64,000 nucleotides of DNA from Squalus acanthias (taxonomy: Eukaryota). Position 1 is the first letter of the stretch; each line of letters opens with the position of its first letter. The DNA lies in contig JASTWF010000036.1 of NCBI GenBank assembly GCA_030390025.1, forward strand, positions 62,001 to 126,000, written 5' to 3'. The position numbers and the translations under genes are program-made. Below are positions 1-13,201 of this stretch, in pieces. Below the pieces are notes generated by a model. It saw nothing but the letters and a program-made list of their open reading frames with translations. It did not search any database and was not told the origin of the DNA.

Positions 1-491
1 TACTGAGGGAGCACCGCACTGTCGGAGGGGCAGTACTGAGGGAGCGCCGCACTGTCGGAGGGGCAGTACTGAGGGAGCGCCGCACTGTCGGAGCGGCAGT
101 ACTGAGGGAGCGCCGCACTGTCGGAGGGGCGGTACTGAGGGAGCACCGCACTGTCGGAGGGGCAGTACTGAGGGAGCGCCGCACTGTCGGAGGGGCGGTA
201 CTGAGGGAGCACCGCACTGTCGGAGGAGCAGTACTGAGGGAGCGCCGCACTGTCGGAGGGGCAGTACTGAGGGAGCGCCGCACTGTCGGAGGGGCAGTAC
301 TGAGGGAGAGCCGCACTGTCGGAGGGGCAGTGCTGAGGGAGCGCCGCACTGTCGGAGGGGTAGTACTGAGGGAACGCTGCACTGTCGGAGGGGTGGTACT
401 GAGGGAGAGCCGCACTGTCGGAGGGGCGGTACTGAGGGAGCGCCGCACTGTCGGAGGGGCCGTCTTTCGGATGAGACGTTAAACTGAGGTC
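1..491 (+). mobile_element. Deu-domain SINE fragment with internal 33-bp tandem array (at least 14 units, runs off the window)
   Basis: Unit cagtactgagggagcgccgcactgtcggagggg, followed by ccgtctttcggatgagacgttaaac as in the other SINE copies. Confidence 0.85.
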
Positions 492-632
492 ACCTCTCTC
501 TCCTCCTTTAAGACGCTCCTTAAAAACTCTCTCTTGGACCAGGCTTTTGGTCGCCTTGTGTGGCTCTGGGTCGAAGGTTTGTCTGATTTACGCTCCTGTG
601 AAGCGCCCTGGGATGTCTCACTGCCTTATAGG
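492..632 (+). mobile_element. L2-type LINE 3' end fragment
   Basis: tcctcctttaagacgctccttaaaa...cctgtgaagcgcc matches the L2 3' ends at 22290 and 23430-23600. Confidence 0.6.
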
Positions 633-832
633 NNNNNNNNNNNNNNNNNNNNNNNNNNNNNNNNNNNNNNNNNNNNNNNNNNNNNNNNNNNNNNNNNNNN
701 NNNNNNNNNNNNNNNNNNNNNNNNNNNNNNNNNNNNNNNNNNNNNNNNNNNNNNNNNNNNNNNNNNNNNNNNNNNNNNNNNNNNNNNNNNNNNNNNNNNN
801 NNNNNNNNNNNNNNNNNNNNNNNNNNNNNNNN
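633..832. other. Assembly gap (200 N)
   Basis: Run of N. Confidence 1.
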
Positions 833-1067
833 CTCTCACTCTCTCTCACACTCTCTCACTCTCTCTCTCACACACACTCACACTCTCTCACACTCTCTCT
901 CACACTCTCTCTCTCACTCTCTCACACTCTCTCTCTCACTCTCTCACACTCTCTCTCACACACTCTCTCTCTCACACTCTCTCTCTCTCTCTCTCTCTCA
1001 CACACACTCTCTCTCTCTCTCTCTCTCACACACACTCTCTCTCTCTCACTCTCTCTCTCACTCTCCC
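833..1067. repeat. (CT)n/(CA)n microsatellite
   Basis: Direct reading. Confidence 0.95.
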
Positions 1068-1228
1068 ACGCCTCTGACTATTACCAAGGCCGACACCAGG
1101 TGGAGACATCCTGCCAAATCTGTCTGAAATCAGCACGGGCCTCTCCTCTCCCGCGATTGGACTGGTTCAACGGCCCAATCCCAAGTTATACTTCTGCATT
1201 TCTCTCTCTCTCTCCCTGCCTGGCTGGG

Positions 1229-1250
1229 TGATGTCACCGCTATTTTTGGC
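1229..1250. promoter_or_regulatory. Candidate CRE-like site (TGATGTCA) next to a MEF2 site (GCTATTTTTGGC)
   Basis: Reverse complement GCCAAAAATAGC fits the MEF2 motif CYAAAAATAG, in unique sequence. Motif match only. Confidence 0.35.
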
Positions 1251-1674
1251 CCACACTTTGCTGAACTTCCATCTGTGAGTTCCGGCATTCACTGACGCTC
1301 GGAGTGGCCGAGTTCTCTCGCGTCGGAGAGGGTTTGTGAGATCGGAGCTCGCCCCACCCACCTCCCCCACACCCCTCCCGCCCCCCTGCTCTACCCTCCA
1401 CCTCCCCGAGAGGTGGTCGGAGACCGTACAGGTGCTGGAGTGTACACCCCACCCAACACCCCCCAAACCCACCCTACCATGCGACAATCGACCGCCGCTC
1501 GAACGCAGCAGAGACTCTCGGCGGCCAAGCGCGCAAACCCCCCCGCCTCACCGTCTCCCGCAACTCGCCGCAGACACGTCTCCACAGAGCTCCACCCCCA
1601 CCCCCCCCACCCATGACAGGACTTCCAACCAATGCTTCACACCATTTATGAGGCTCAATGCTTCCTCCCCCCAG

Positions 1675-1746
1675 ATGGTCCCCCTCACCGTGCCAAGACC
1701 ATTGAGGCTGAGCTGGAGGAGGAAGAGGAGGAGTTCCCCGAGACAG
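1675..1746 (+). CDS. HDAC7: Class IIa HDAC (HDAC7-like) internal coding exon, (D)GPPHRAKTIEAELEEEEEEFPET
   Basis: Pyrimidine tract cttcctccccccag, then 72 nt, then gtaagc donor. Phase 1/1, open in frame, and joins the 33606 exon in frame. Size, phase and DG start resemble the short exon that precedes the PxDL exon in class IIa HDACs. Sequence similarity itself is weak. Confidence 0.65.
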
Positions 1747-1862
1747 GTAAGCCATGGGGTGCAGGGGGTGGTGGGGGGTGAGCGAAGAGTTCGCCTGGCA
1801 TCGGGGAGAGATCCGGTCAGAGAGGGTGGGCGTGGGGGTGGGGAGAGAAGGCACAGTGTTCA

Positions 1863-4496
1863 CCGTGGCCCAATGGGCATCGCTCTCGCCTCTGAGCCGG
1901 ACGGTCGTGGATTCAAGTCCCCACTCCAGAGACTTGAGCGCGAAAATCTAGGCTGACGCTCCCCAGTGTAGTACTGAGGGAGCGCTGCACTGTCGGAGGG
2001 GCAGTACTGAGGGAGCGCTGCACTGTCGGAGGGGCAGTACTGAGGGAGCGCTGCACTGTCGGAGGGACGGTACTGAGGGAGCTCCGCACTGTCGGAGGGG
2101 CGGTACTGAGGGAGCACCGCACTGTCGGAGGGGCAGTACTGAGGGAGCACCGCACTGTCGGAGGGGCAGTACTGAGGGAGCACCGCACTGTCGGAGGGGC
2201 AGTACTGAGGGAGCACCGCACTGTCGGAGGGGCAGTACTGAGGGAGCACCGCACTGTCGGAGGGGCAGTACTGAGGGAGCACCGCACTGTCGGAGGGGCA
2301 GTACTGAGGGAGCACCGCACTGTCGGAGGGGCAGTACTGAGGGAGCACCCCACTGTCGGAGGGGCAGTACTGAGGGAGCACCGCACTGTCGGAGGGGCAG
2401 TACTGAGGGAGCACCGCACTGTCGGAGGGGCAGTACTGAGGGAGCACCGCACTGTCGGAGGGGCAGTACTGAGGGAGTGCCGCACTGTCGGAGGGGCAGT
2501 ACTGAGGGAGCGCCGCACTGTCGGAGGGGCAGTACTGAGGGAGCACCGCACTGTCGGAGGGGCAGTACTGAGGGAGCACCGCACTGTCGGAGGGGCAGTA
2601 CTGAGGGAGCACCGCACTGTCGGAGGGGCAGTACTGAGGGAGCACCGCACTGTCGGAGGGGCAGTACTGAGGGAGCACCGCACTGTCGGAGGGGCAGTAC
2701 TGAGGGAGCACCGCACTGTCGGAGGGGCAGTACTGAGGGAGCGCCGCACTGTCGGAGGGGCGGTACTGAGGGAGCGCCGCACTGTCGGAGGGGCAGTACT
2801 GAGGGAGCGCCGCACTGTCGGAGGGGCGGTACTGAGGGAGCTCCGCACTGTCGGAGGGGCGGTACTGAGGGAGCACCGCACTGTCGGAGGGGCAGTACTG
2901 AGGGAGCACCGCACTGTCGGAGGGGCAGTACTGAGGGAGCGCCGCACTGTCGGAGGGGCAGTACTGAGGGAGCGCCGCACTGTCGGAGGGGCTGTACTGA
3001 GGGAGCGCCGCACTGTCGGAGGGGCAATACTGAGGGAGCGCCGCACTGTCGGAGGGGCAGTACTGAGGGAGCGCCGCACTGTCGGAGGGGCAGTACTGAG
3101 GGAGCGCCGCACTGTCGGAGGGGCAGTACTGAGGGAGCGCCGCACTGTCGGAGGGGCAGTACTGAGGGAGCGCTGCACTGTCGGAGGGGCAGTACTGAGG
3201 GAGCGCCGCACTGTCGGAGGGGCAGTACTGAGGGAGCGCCGCACTGTCAGAGGGGCAGTACTGAGGGAGCTCCGCACTGTCGGAGGGGCAGTACTGAGGG
3301 AGCGTCGCACTGTCGGAGGGGCGGTACTGAGGGAGCGCCGCACTGTCGGAGGGGCAGTACTGAGGGAGCGCCGCACTGTCGGAGGGACGGTACTGAGGGA
3401 GCGCCGCACTGTCGGAGGGGCAGTACTGAGGGAGCGCCGCACTGTCGGAGGGGCAGTACTGAGGGAGCGCCGCACTGTCAGAGGGGCAGTACTGAGGGAG
3501 CTCCGCACTGTCGGAGGGGCAGTAGTGAGGGAGCGACGCACTGTCGGAGGGGCGTTACTGAGGGAGCGCCGCACTGTCGGAGGGGCAGTACTGAGGGAGC
3601 GCCGCACTTTCGGAGGGGCAGTACTGAGGGAGCGCCGCACTGTCGGAGGGGCAGTACTGAGGGAGTGCGGCACTGTCGGAGGGGCAGTACTGAGGGAGAG
3701 CCACACTGTCGGAGGGGCGGTACTGAGGGAGCGCCGCACTGTCGGAGGTGCAGTGCTGAGGGAGCGCCGCACTGTCGGTGGGGCAGTACTGAGGGAGCGC
3801 CGCGCTGTCGGAGGGGCAGTACTGAGGGAGCGCCGCACTGTCGAAGGGGCAGTACTGAGGGAGCGCCGCACTTTCGGAGGGGCGGTACTGAGGGAGCGCC
3901 GCACTGTCGGAGGGGCAGTACTGAGGGAGAGCCACACTGTCGGAGGGGCGGTACTGAGGGAGCGCCGCACTGTCGGAGTGGCAGTACTGAGGGAGCACCG
4001 CACTGTGGGAGGGGCGGTACTGAGGGAGCGCCGCACTGTCGGAGGGGCAGTGCTGAGGGAGCGCCGCACTGTCGGAGGGGCAGTACTGAGGGAGCGCCGC
4101 GCTGTCGGAGGGGCAGTACTGACGGAGCGCCGCGCTGTCGGAGGGGCGGTACTGAGGGAGCACCGCACTGTGGGAGGGGCAGTACTGAGGGAGCGCCGCA
4201 CTGTCGGAGGGGCGGTACTGAGGGAGCGCCGCACTGTCGGAGGTGCCGTCTTTCAGATGAGATGTTAAACCGAGGCCCCGTCTGACCTCTCAGGTGGAAG
4301 TAAAAGATCCCACGGCACTATTTTGAAGAAGAGCAGGGGGGAAGTTCTCCCCGGTGTCCTAGGGCCAAAAGTTATCCCTCAACCAACATCACTAAAAATA
4401 AGTGATATGGTCATTTATCACATCGCTGTTTGTGGGAGCTTGCTGTGTGCAAATTGTCTGCTTTGTTTCCTGCATTACAACAGTGACCACACTTCA
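1863..4496 (+). mobile_element. tRNA-derived Deu-domain SINE (SacSINE1/AmnSINE1-like) expanded by about 69 copies of a 33-bp unit (1971-4243)
   Basis: A-box-like tggcccaatgg and B-box-like ggattcaagtcc, then the array, then core gtgccgtctttcagatgagatgttaaaccgaggccccgtctg...gatcccacggcactattttgaagaagagcagggg. Confidence 0.85.
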
Positions 4497-5360
4497 AGGG
4501 TTAAATTACGAGGAGAGATTACACAAACTAGGGTTGTGTTCCCTGGAATTTAGAAGGTTAAGGGGTGATCTGATCGAAGTTTTCAAGATATTAAGGGGAA
4601 CTGACAGGGTAGAGAGAGAAACTATTTCCGCTGGTTGGGGAGTCTGGGACTAGGGGGCATAGTCTAAAAATTCGAGCCAGACCTTTCAGGAGTGAAGTTA
4701 GGAAACACTTCTACACACAAAGGGTGGTAGAAGATTGGAACTCTCTTCCACAAACGGCAATTTTAAATCTGAGATTGATAGATTTTTGTTAACCAAAGGG
4801 TATTAAGGGATACGGGGCAAAGGCGGGTATATGGAGTTAGGTCACAGATCAGTCATGATCTGATTGAATGGCGGAACAGGCTCGAGGGGCTGAATGGCCT
4901 CCTCCTGTTCCTAATGTAACAGGCTCAAGGGGCTGAATGACCTCCTCCTGTTCCTAATGTAACAGGATCGAGGGGCTGAATGGGCTCCTCCTGTTCCTAA
5001 TGTAACAGGCTCAAGGGGGGCTGAATGGCCTCCTCCTGTTCCTAATGTAACAGGCTCAAGGTGGGCTGAACGGCCTCCTCCTGTTCCTAATGTAACAGGC
5101 TCAAGGTGGGCTGAACGGCCTCCTCCTGTTCCTAATGTAACAGGCTCGAGGGGGGCTGAATGGCCTCCTGTTCCTAATGTAACAGGCTCGAGGGTGGCTG
5201 AATGGCCTCCTCCTGTTCCGAATGTAACAGGCTCAAGGTGGGCTGAACGGCCTCCTCCTGTTTCTAATGTAACAGGCTCGAGGGGCTGAATGGCCTCCTC
5301 CTGTTCCTAATGTAACAGGCTCGAGGGGGGCTGAACGGCCTCCTCCTGTTCCTGTGTAAC
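4497..5360 (+). mobile_element. CR1 LINE 3' end with about 11 tandem copies of its terminal 43-45 bp (4876-5360)
   Basis: ORF2 C-terminus LNYEERLHKLGLCSLEFRRLRGDLIEVFKI, then the 3' UTR, then repeats of aacaggctcgaggggctgaatggcctcctcctgttcctaatgt. Confidence 0.9.
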
Positions 5361-5774
5361 TAGTATTTTCTGTAGCTGTCCATGACATTTTAATGATCTG
5401 TGTACATGGAGCCCCGAAGTCTAGAGGAATAGGATAAAATATGGAATAGGGGCCACATTCTCTCTTCGCCCTGCATGCACTGGACTGATTTCAGTCCGAG
5501 CGGTCTTCTTTGAACAAGGAAACAAGGGACTTATGTGGGATTCCGAGCACTCTCTGTCTGACTCACAGAGTATCGATCCCAGCCTAGAAATAGAATCAGG
5601 AAACTGTTAAAATAGTGGGGGATGGTGTCTGGGGGTTGGGGGTAGTCGCAGTGATTGAGGAACTGTGAGCTGGGCGATACACGGGAGGCGTCCCTAGCGA
5701 TGCGAAGGGGAGCTGGGGAGAGGTCGGGGGGGTCTCAGGAGCTGGTGGCACGGTTAGGCGGTCGGCTGGGCAAG

Positions 5775-5838
5775 GACTCACACACAAGAGAGACACACAG
5801 AGACTCACATACACACACACAGAGACGCACACACAGAG

Positions 5839-5869
<31 letters not shown>

Positions 5870-6337
5870 CACACACACACACACAGACTCACACGCACAC
5901 ACAGACACACACAGACTCACACGCACACAGACACGCACACACAGAGACACACACAGACTCACACGCACACAGACACGCACACACAGAGACACACACACAC
6001 ACACACACACACTCCCACTCACATGCACACACAGACGCACACACACAAACACACACACACTCACTCTCACACACACACACACTCACTCTCACACTCACAC
6101 ACATACACTCACTCTCACACTCACACACACACTCACACACACTCACTCTCACACACACACTCACTCTCACACTCACACACATACACTCACTCTCACATAC
6201 ACTCACTCTCACACTCACACACACACTCACACACACACACAGACACACACAGACACACAGACTCACACACACACAGACACACACGCACACACACACGCAC
6301 CCTCACACACAGAGAAACACGCACACACACACACACA
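5775..6337. repeat. (CA)n-rich compound microsatellite
   Basis: Direct reading. Confidence 0.95.
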
Positions 6338-6499
6338 AACAACTGCTTGTCTGTTTCAGGAAGAAAAGTTTTTAAATATTTTGTGAAGGGGAATTATTCT
6401 GAGTATTGTGTGGAATCTCCCTTTCACCTGATACCGTGGAAGTGGGGGGGGGGGGTTCATAGGTTCCATTTCAGTGTTGTCTATTTCCATCTCTGTGTT

Positions 6500-6603
6500 T
6501 CCTCCTTTCTCTCTCTCTCCATGTCTCTCTCTCACTTTCTGTCTTTGTCTCTCACTCTCTGTCTCTCTCTTTTTCTCTGTCTCTCTCTTTCTCTCTCTCT
6601 CTG

Positions 6604-6634
<31 letters not shown>

Positions 6635-6747
6635 ATCTTTCTCTCTCTCTCTGTCTCTCTCTCTCTTTCTCTCTCTCTCTGTCTCTCTCTATCTTTCTCT
6701 CTCTCTCTGTCTCTCTCTCTTTCTCTCTCTAACTCTGTCTCTCTCTG

Positions 6748-6781
<34 letters not shown>

Positions 6782-6919
6782 TCTGTCTCTCTCTCTCTTT
6801 CTCTCTCTCCATGTCTCTCTCTCACTTTCTGTCTTTGTCTCTCACTCTCTGTCTCTCTCTTTTTCTCTGTCTCTCTCTTTCTCTCTCTCTCTGTCTCTCT
6901 TTCTCTCTCTCTCTCTCTG

Positions 6920-6953
<34 letters not shown>

Positions 6954-7069
6954 TCTGTCTCTCTCTATCTTTCTCTCTCTCTCTGTCTCTCTCTCTCTTT
7001 CTCTCTCTCTGTCTCTCTCTATCTTTCTCTCTCTCTCTGTCTCTCTCTCTCTTTCTCTCTCTAACTCTG

Positions 7070-7105
<36 letters not shown>

Positions 7106-7423
7106 TCTGTCTCTCTCTCTCTTTCTCTCTCTCTCTGTCTCTCTCGCACTCTCTGTCTCTCTCTCTCTAACTCTGTCTCTCACTGTCCCTCGCTCTCTCT
7201 CTGTCTCTCTAACTCTGTCTCTCTCGCTCTCTGTCTCTCTCTCTCGCTCTCTGTCTCTCTGTCTCTCTCTCTCTCTGTCTCTCTCTCTCTCTCTGTCTCT
7301 CTCTCTGTCTCTCTCTCTCTGTCTTTCCTTCTCTCTCTCTCTGTCTGTCTCTCTCTGTCTGTCTCTCTCTCTCGCTCTCTGTCTCTCTCTCTCTTACTCT
7401 CTCTCTAACTCTGTCTCTCTCCG

Positions 7424-7454
<31 letters not shown>

Positions 7455-7667
7455 GTGTTTCTCTCTCTCTCTGTCTGTCTTTCTCTCTCTCTAACTCTCT
7501 CTCTCTCTGTCTCTCTCTCTCTCTCTTTCTCTCTCTCTCGCTGTCCCTCTCTCGCTGTCCCTCTCTCTCTGTCTCTGTCTCTCTCTCTCTCTGTCTTTCT
7601 TTCTCTCTCTCTCTGTCTCTCTGTCTCTCTCTCTGTCTCTCTCTCTGTCTCTCACTCTTGCTGTCTC

Positions 7668-7698
<31 letters not shown>

Positions 7699-7727
7699 AT
7701 CTCTCTCTCTCTCACTGTCTCTCTCTG

Positions 7728-7781
<54 letters not shown>

Positions 7782-9054
7782 TCTGTCTGTCTCTCTCTCT
7801 CTCTCTCTCTGTCTCTCTGTCTCTCTCTCGCTGTCTCTCTCTGTCTCTCTGTCTCTCTCTCGCTGTCTCTCTCTGTCTCGCTCTGTCTCTCTCTCTCTGT
7901 CTCGCTCTGTCTCTCTCTCTCTCTCTCTGTCTCTCTCTGTCTCTCTGTCTCGCTCTCTCTCTGTCTCGCTCTCTCTATCTCTCTCTGTCTCTCTCGCTCT
8001 CTCTGTCTCTCTCTCTGTCTCTCTCTGTCTTTCTTTCTCTCTCTCTCTGTCTGTCTCTCTCTGTCTGTCTCTCTCTGTCTGTCTCTCTCTGTCTGTCTCT
8101 CTCTCTCGCTCTCTGTCTCTCTCTCTCGCTCTCTCTCTCTAACTCTGTCTCTCTCCGTCTCTCTCTCTGTCTCTCTCTCTGTGTCTCTCTCTCTCTCTGT
8201 CTGTCTTTCTCTCTCTCTAACTCTCTCTCTCTCTCTTTCTTTCTCTCTCTCTCTTTCTCTCTCTCTCGCTGTCCCTCTCTTGCTGTCCCTCTCTCTCTGT
8301 CTCTGTCTCTCTCTCTCTCTGTCTTTCTTTCTCTCTGTCTCTGTCTCTCTGTCTCTCTCTCTGTCTCTCTCTCTGTCTCTCACTCTTGCTGTCTCTCTCT
8401 GTCTCTGTCTCTGTCTCTGTCTCTCTCTGTCTCTCTCTCTCTCACTGTCTCTCTCTCTCTGTCTCTCTCTGTCTCTCTCTCTCTCTCTGTCTCTCTCTCT
8501 CTCTGTCTGTCTCTCTCGCTCTCTGTCTCTCTGTCTCTCTCTTGTTGTCTCTCTCTGTTCTCTCTCTGTCTCTCTCTGTCTCACTGTCTCTCTCTCTCTC
8601 TGTCTCTCTCTCTGTCTCTCTCTGTCTCTCTCTCTCTCTCTGTCTCTGTCTCTCTCTCTCTCTGTCTCGCTCTCTCTCTGTCTCGCTCTCTCTCTCTCTC
8701 TCTGTCTCTCTCTCTGTCTCTCTCTCTCTGTCTCTCTCTCTCTCTCTCTCTATCTCTGTCTCTGTCTCTCTCTCTCTGTCTCTCTCTGTCTCTCTCTCTC
8801 TGTCTCTCTCCGTCTCTCTCTCTGTCTCTCTCTCTGTGTCTCTCTCTCTCTCTGTCTGTCTTTCTCTCTCTCTAACTCTCTCTCTCTCTCTTTCTTTCTC
8901 TCTCTCTCTTTCTCTCTCTCTCGCTGTCCCTCTCTCGCTGTCCCTCTCTCTCTGTCTCTGTCTCTCTCTCTCTCTCTGTCTTTCTTTCTCTCTGTCTCTG
9001 TCTCTCTGTCTCTCTCTCTGTCTCTCTCTCTGTCTCTCACTCTTGCTGTCTCTC

Positions 9055-9085
<31 letters not shown>

Positions 9086-9114
9086 GTCTCTCTGTCTCTC
9101 TCTATCTTTCTCTC

Positions 9115-9160
<46 letters not shown>

Positions 9161-9718
9161 TCTGTCTCTCTCTCTCTTTCTCTCTCTCTCTGTCTCTCTC
9201 GCACTCTCTGTCTCTCTCTCTCTAACTCTGTCTCTCACTGTCCCTCGCTCTCTCTCTGTCTCTCTAACTCTGTCTCTCTCGCTCTCTGTCTCTCTCTCTC
9301 GCTCTCTGTCTCTCTGTCTCTCTCTCTCTCTGTCTCTCTCTCTCTCTGTCTCTCTCTCTGTCTCTCTCTCTCTGTCTTTCCTTCTCTCTCTCTCTGTCTG
9401 TCTCTCTCTGTCTGTCTCTCTCTCTCGCTCTCTGTCTCTCTCTCTCTTACTCTCTCTCTAACTCTGTCTCTCTCCGTCTCTCTCTCTCTCTCTGTCTCTC
9501 TCTCTGTGTTTCTCTCTCTCTCTGTCTGTCTTTCTCTCTCTCTAACTCTCTCTCTCTCTGTCTCTCTCTCTCTCTCTTTCTCTCTCTCTCGCTGTCCCTC
9601 TCTCGCTGTCCCTCTCTCTCTGTCTCTGTCTCTCTCTCTCTCTGTCTTTCTTTCTCTCTCTCTCTGTCTCTCTGTCTCTCTCTCTGTCTCTCTCTCTGTC
9701 TCTCACTCTTGCTGTCTC

Positions 9719-9749
<31 letters not shown>

Positions 9750-9796
9750 ATCTCTCTCTCTCTCACTGTCTCTCTCTGTCTCTCTCTCTCTCTCTG

Positions 9797-9828
<32 letters not shown>

Positions 9829-10430
9829 TCTGTCTGTCTCTCTCTCTCTCTCTCTCTGTCTCTCTGTCTCTCTCTCGCTGTCTCTCTCTGTCTCTCTGTC
9901 TCTCTCTCGCTGTCTCTCTCTGTCTCGCTCTGTCTCTCTCTGTCTCGCTCTGTCTCTCTCTCTCTCTCTCTGTCTCTCTCTGTCTCTCTGTCTCGCTCTC
10001 TCTCTGTCTCGCTCTCTCTATCTCTCTCGCTCTCTCTGTCTCTCTCTCTGTCTCTCTCTGTCTTTCTTTCTCTCTCTCTCTGTCTGTCTCTCTCTGTCTG
10101 TCTCTCTCTGTCTGTCTCTCTCTGTCTGTCTCTCTCTCTCGCTCTCTGTCTCTCTCTCTCGCTCTCTCTCTCTAACTCTGTCTCTCTCCGTCTCTCTCTC
10201 TGTCTCTCTCTCTGTGTCTCTCTCTCTCTCTGTCTGTCTTTCTCTCTCTCTAACTCTCTCTCTCTCTCTTTCTTTCTCTCTCTCTCTTTCTCTCTCTCTC
10301 GCTGTCCCTCTCTCGCTGTCCCTCTCTCTCTGTCTCTGTCTCTCTCTCTCTCTGTCTTTCTTTCTCTCTGTCTCTGTCTCTCTGTCTCTCTCTCTGTCTC
10401 TCTCTCTGTCTCTCACTCTTGCTGTCTCTC

Positions 10431-10461
<31 letters not shown>

Positions 10462-10724
10462 GTCTCTCTCTCTCTCACTGTCTCTCTCTCTCTGTCTCTC
10501 TCTGTCTCTCTCTCTCTCTCTGTCTCTCTCTCTCTCTGTCTGTCTCTCTCTCGCTCTCTGTCTCTCTCTCTCTCTCTCACTTGTTGTCTCTCTCTGTTCT
10601 CTCTCTGTCTCTCTCTGTCTCACTGTCTCTCTCTCTCTCTGTCTCTCTCTCTGTCTCTCTCTCTGTCTCTCTCTCTCTCTGTCTCTGTCTCTCTCTCTCT
10701 CTGTCTCGCTCTCTCTCTGTCTCG

Positions 10725-10755
<31 letters not shown>

Positions 10756-11177
10756 TCTCTGTCTCTCTCTCTCTGTCTCTCTCTCTCTCTCTCTCTATCT
10801 CTGTCTCTGTCTCTCTCTCTCTCTGTCTCTCTCTGTCTCTCTCTCTCTGTCTCTCTCTCTCTGTCTCTCTCTCTCTGTCTCTCTCTCTCTCTCTCTCTAT
10901 CTCTGTCTCTGTCTCTCTCTCTCTGTCTCTCTCCGTCTCTCTCTCTGTCTCTCTCTCTGTGTCTCTCTCTCTCTCTGTCTGTCTTTCTCTCTCTCTAACT
11001 CTCTCTCTCTCTCTTTCTTTCTCTCTCTCTCTTTCTCTCTCTCTCGCTGTCCCTCTCTCGCTGTCCCTCTCTCTCTGTCTCTGTCTCTCTCTCTCTCTCT
11101 GTCTTTCTTTCTCTCTGTCTCTGTCTCTCTGTCTCTCTCTCTGTCTCTCTCTCTGTCTCTCACTCTTGCTGTCTCTC

Positions 11178-11208
<31 letters not shown>

Positions 11209-11237
11209 GTCTCTCTGTCTCTCTCTATCTTTCTCTC

Positions 11238-11283
<46 letters not shown>

Positions 11284-11599
11284 TCTGTCTCTCTCTCTCT
11301 TTCTCTCTCTCTCTGTCTCTCTCGCACTCTCTGTCTCTCTCTCTCTAACTCTGTCTCTCACTGTCCCTCGCTCTCTCTCTGTCTCTCTAACTCTGTCTCT
11401 CTCGCTCTCTGTCTCTCTCTCTCGCTCTCTGTCTCTCTGTCTCTCTCTCTCTCTGTCTCTCTCTCTCTCTGTCTCTCTCTCTGTCTCTCTCTCTCTGTCT
11501 TTCCTTCTCTCTCTCTCTGTCTGTCTCTCTCTGTCTGTCTCTCTCTCTCGCTCTCTGTCTCTCTCTCTCTTACTCTCTCTCTAACTCTGTCTCTCTCCG

Positions 11600-11630
<31 letters not shown>

Positions 11631-11685
11631 GTGTTTCTCTCTCTCTCTGTCTGTCTTTCTCTCTCTCTAACTCTCTCTCTCTCTG

Positions 11686-11717
<32 letters not shown>

Positions 11718-11845
11718 GCTGTCCCTCTCTCGCTGTCCCTCTCTCTCTGTCTCTGTCTCTCTCTCTCTCTGTCTTTCTTTCTCTCTCTCTCTGTCTCTCT
11801 GTCTCTCTCTCTGTCTCTCTCTCTGTCTCTCACTCTTGCTGTCTC

Positions 11846-11876
<31 letters not shown>

Positions 11877-11923
11877 ATCTCTCTCTCTCTCACTGTCTCT
11901 CTCTGTCTCTCTCTCTCTCTCTG

Positions 11924-11957
<34 letters not shown>

Positions 11958-12079
11958 TCTGTCTGTCTCTCTCTCTCTCTCTCTGTCTCTCTGTCTCTCT
12001 CTCGCTGTCTCTCTCTGTCTCTCTGTCTCTCTCTCGCTGTCTCTCTCTGTCTCGCTCTGTCTCTCTCTGTCTCGCTCTG

Positions 12080-12112
<33 letters not shown>

Positions 12113-12554
12113 GTCTCTCTGTCTCGCTCTCTCTCTGTCTCGCTCTCTCTATCTCTCTCGCTCTCTCTGTCTCTCTCTCTGTCTCTCTCTGTCTTTCTTT
12201 CTCTCTCTCTCTGTCTGTCTCTCTCTGTCTGTCTCTCTCTGTCTGTCTCTCTCTGTCTGTCTCTCTCTCTCGCTCTCTGTCTCTCTCTCTCGCTCTCTCT
12301 CTCTAACTCTGTCTCTCTCCGTCTCTCTCTCTGTCTCTCTCTTCTCTCTCTCTCTGTCTGTCTTTCTCTCTCTCTAACTCTCTCTCTCTCTCTTTCTTTC
12401 TCTCTCTCTCTTTCTCTCTCTCTCGCTGTCCCTCTCTCGCTGTCCCTCTCTCTCTGTCTCTGTCTCTCTCTCTCTCTGTCTTTCTTTCTCTCTGTCTCTG
12501 TCTCTCTGTCTCTCTCTCTGTCTCTCTCTCTGTCTCTCACTCTTGCTGTCTCTC

Positions 12555-12585
<31 letters not shown>

Positions 12586-12803
12586 GTCTCTCTCTCTCTC
12601 ACTGTCTCTCTCTCTCTGTCTCTCTCTGTCTCTCTCTCTCTCTCTGTCTCTCTCTCTCTCTGTCTGTCTCTCTCTCGCTCTCTGTCTCTCTGTCTCTCTC
12701 TCTCTTGTTGTCTCTCTCTGTCTCTCTCTCTGTCTCTCTCTCTGTCTCTCTCTCTCTCTGTCTCTGTCTCTCTCTCTCTCTGTCTCGCTCTCTCTCTGTC
12801 TCG

Positions 12804-12834
<31 letters not shown>

Positions 12835-13170
12835 TCTCTGTCTCTCTCTCTCTGTCTCTCTCTCTCTCTCTCTCTATCTCTGTCTCTGTCTCTCTCTCTC
12901 TGTCTCTCTCTGTCTCTCTCTCTCTGTCTCTCTCCGTCTCTCTCGCTGTCTCTCTCTCTGTGTCTCTCTCTCTCTCTGTCTGTCTTTCTCTCTCTCTAAC
13001 TCTCTCTCTCTTTCTTTCTCTCTCTCTCTTTCTCTCTCTCTCGCTGTCCCTCTCTCGCTGTCCCTCTCTCTCTGTCTCTGTCTCTCTCTCTCTGTCTTTC
13101 TTTCTCTCTGTCTCTGTCTCTCTGTCTCTCTCTCTGTCTCTCTCTCTGTCTCTCACTCTTGCTGTCTCTC

Positions 13171-13201
<31 letters not shown>

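Noticed and set aside
1863..1925. tRNA gene
   Set aside because: The A/B boxes belong to SINE heads; no intact cloverleaf is apparent.
1971..4243. CRISPR-like appearance of 33-48-bp repeats
   Set aside because: Units are head-to-tail with no unique spacers, there are no cas genes, and the context is vertebrate.
1913..4285. Long ORFs (up to 773 aa) on both strands over the 33-bp arrays, also at 14, 45-48, 52-54 and 60-62 kb
   Set aside because: A 33-nt unit without stops in most frames gives 11-aa repeats automatically. The arrays lie inside SINEs in introns, with no coding evidence.
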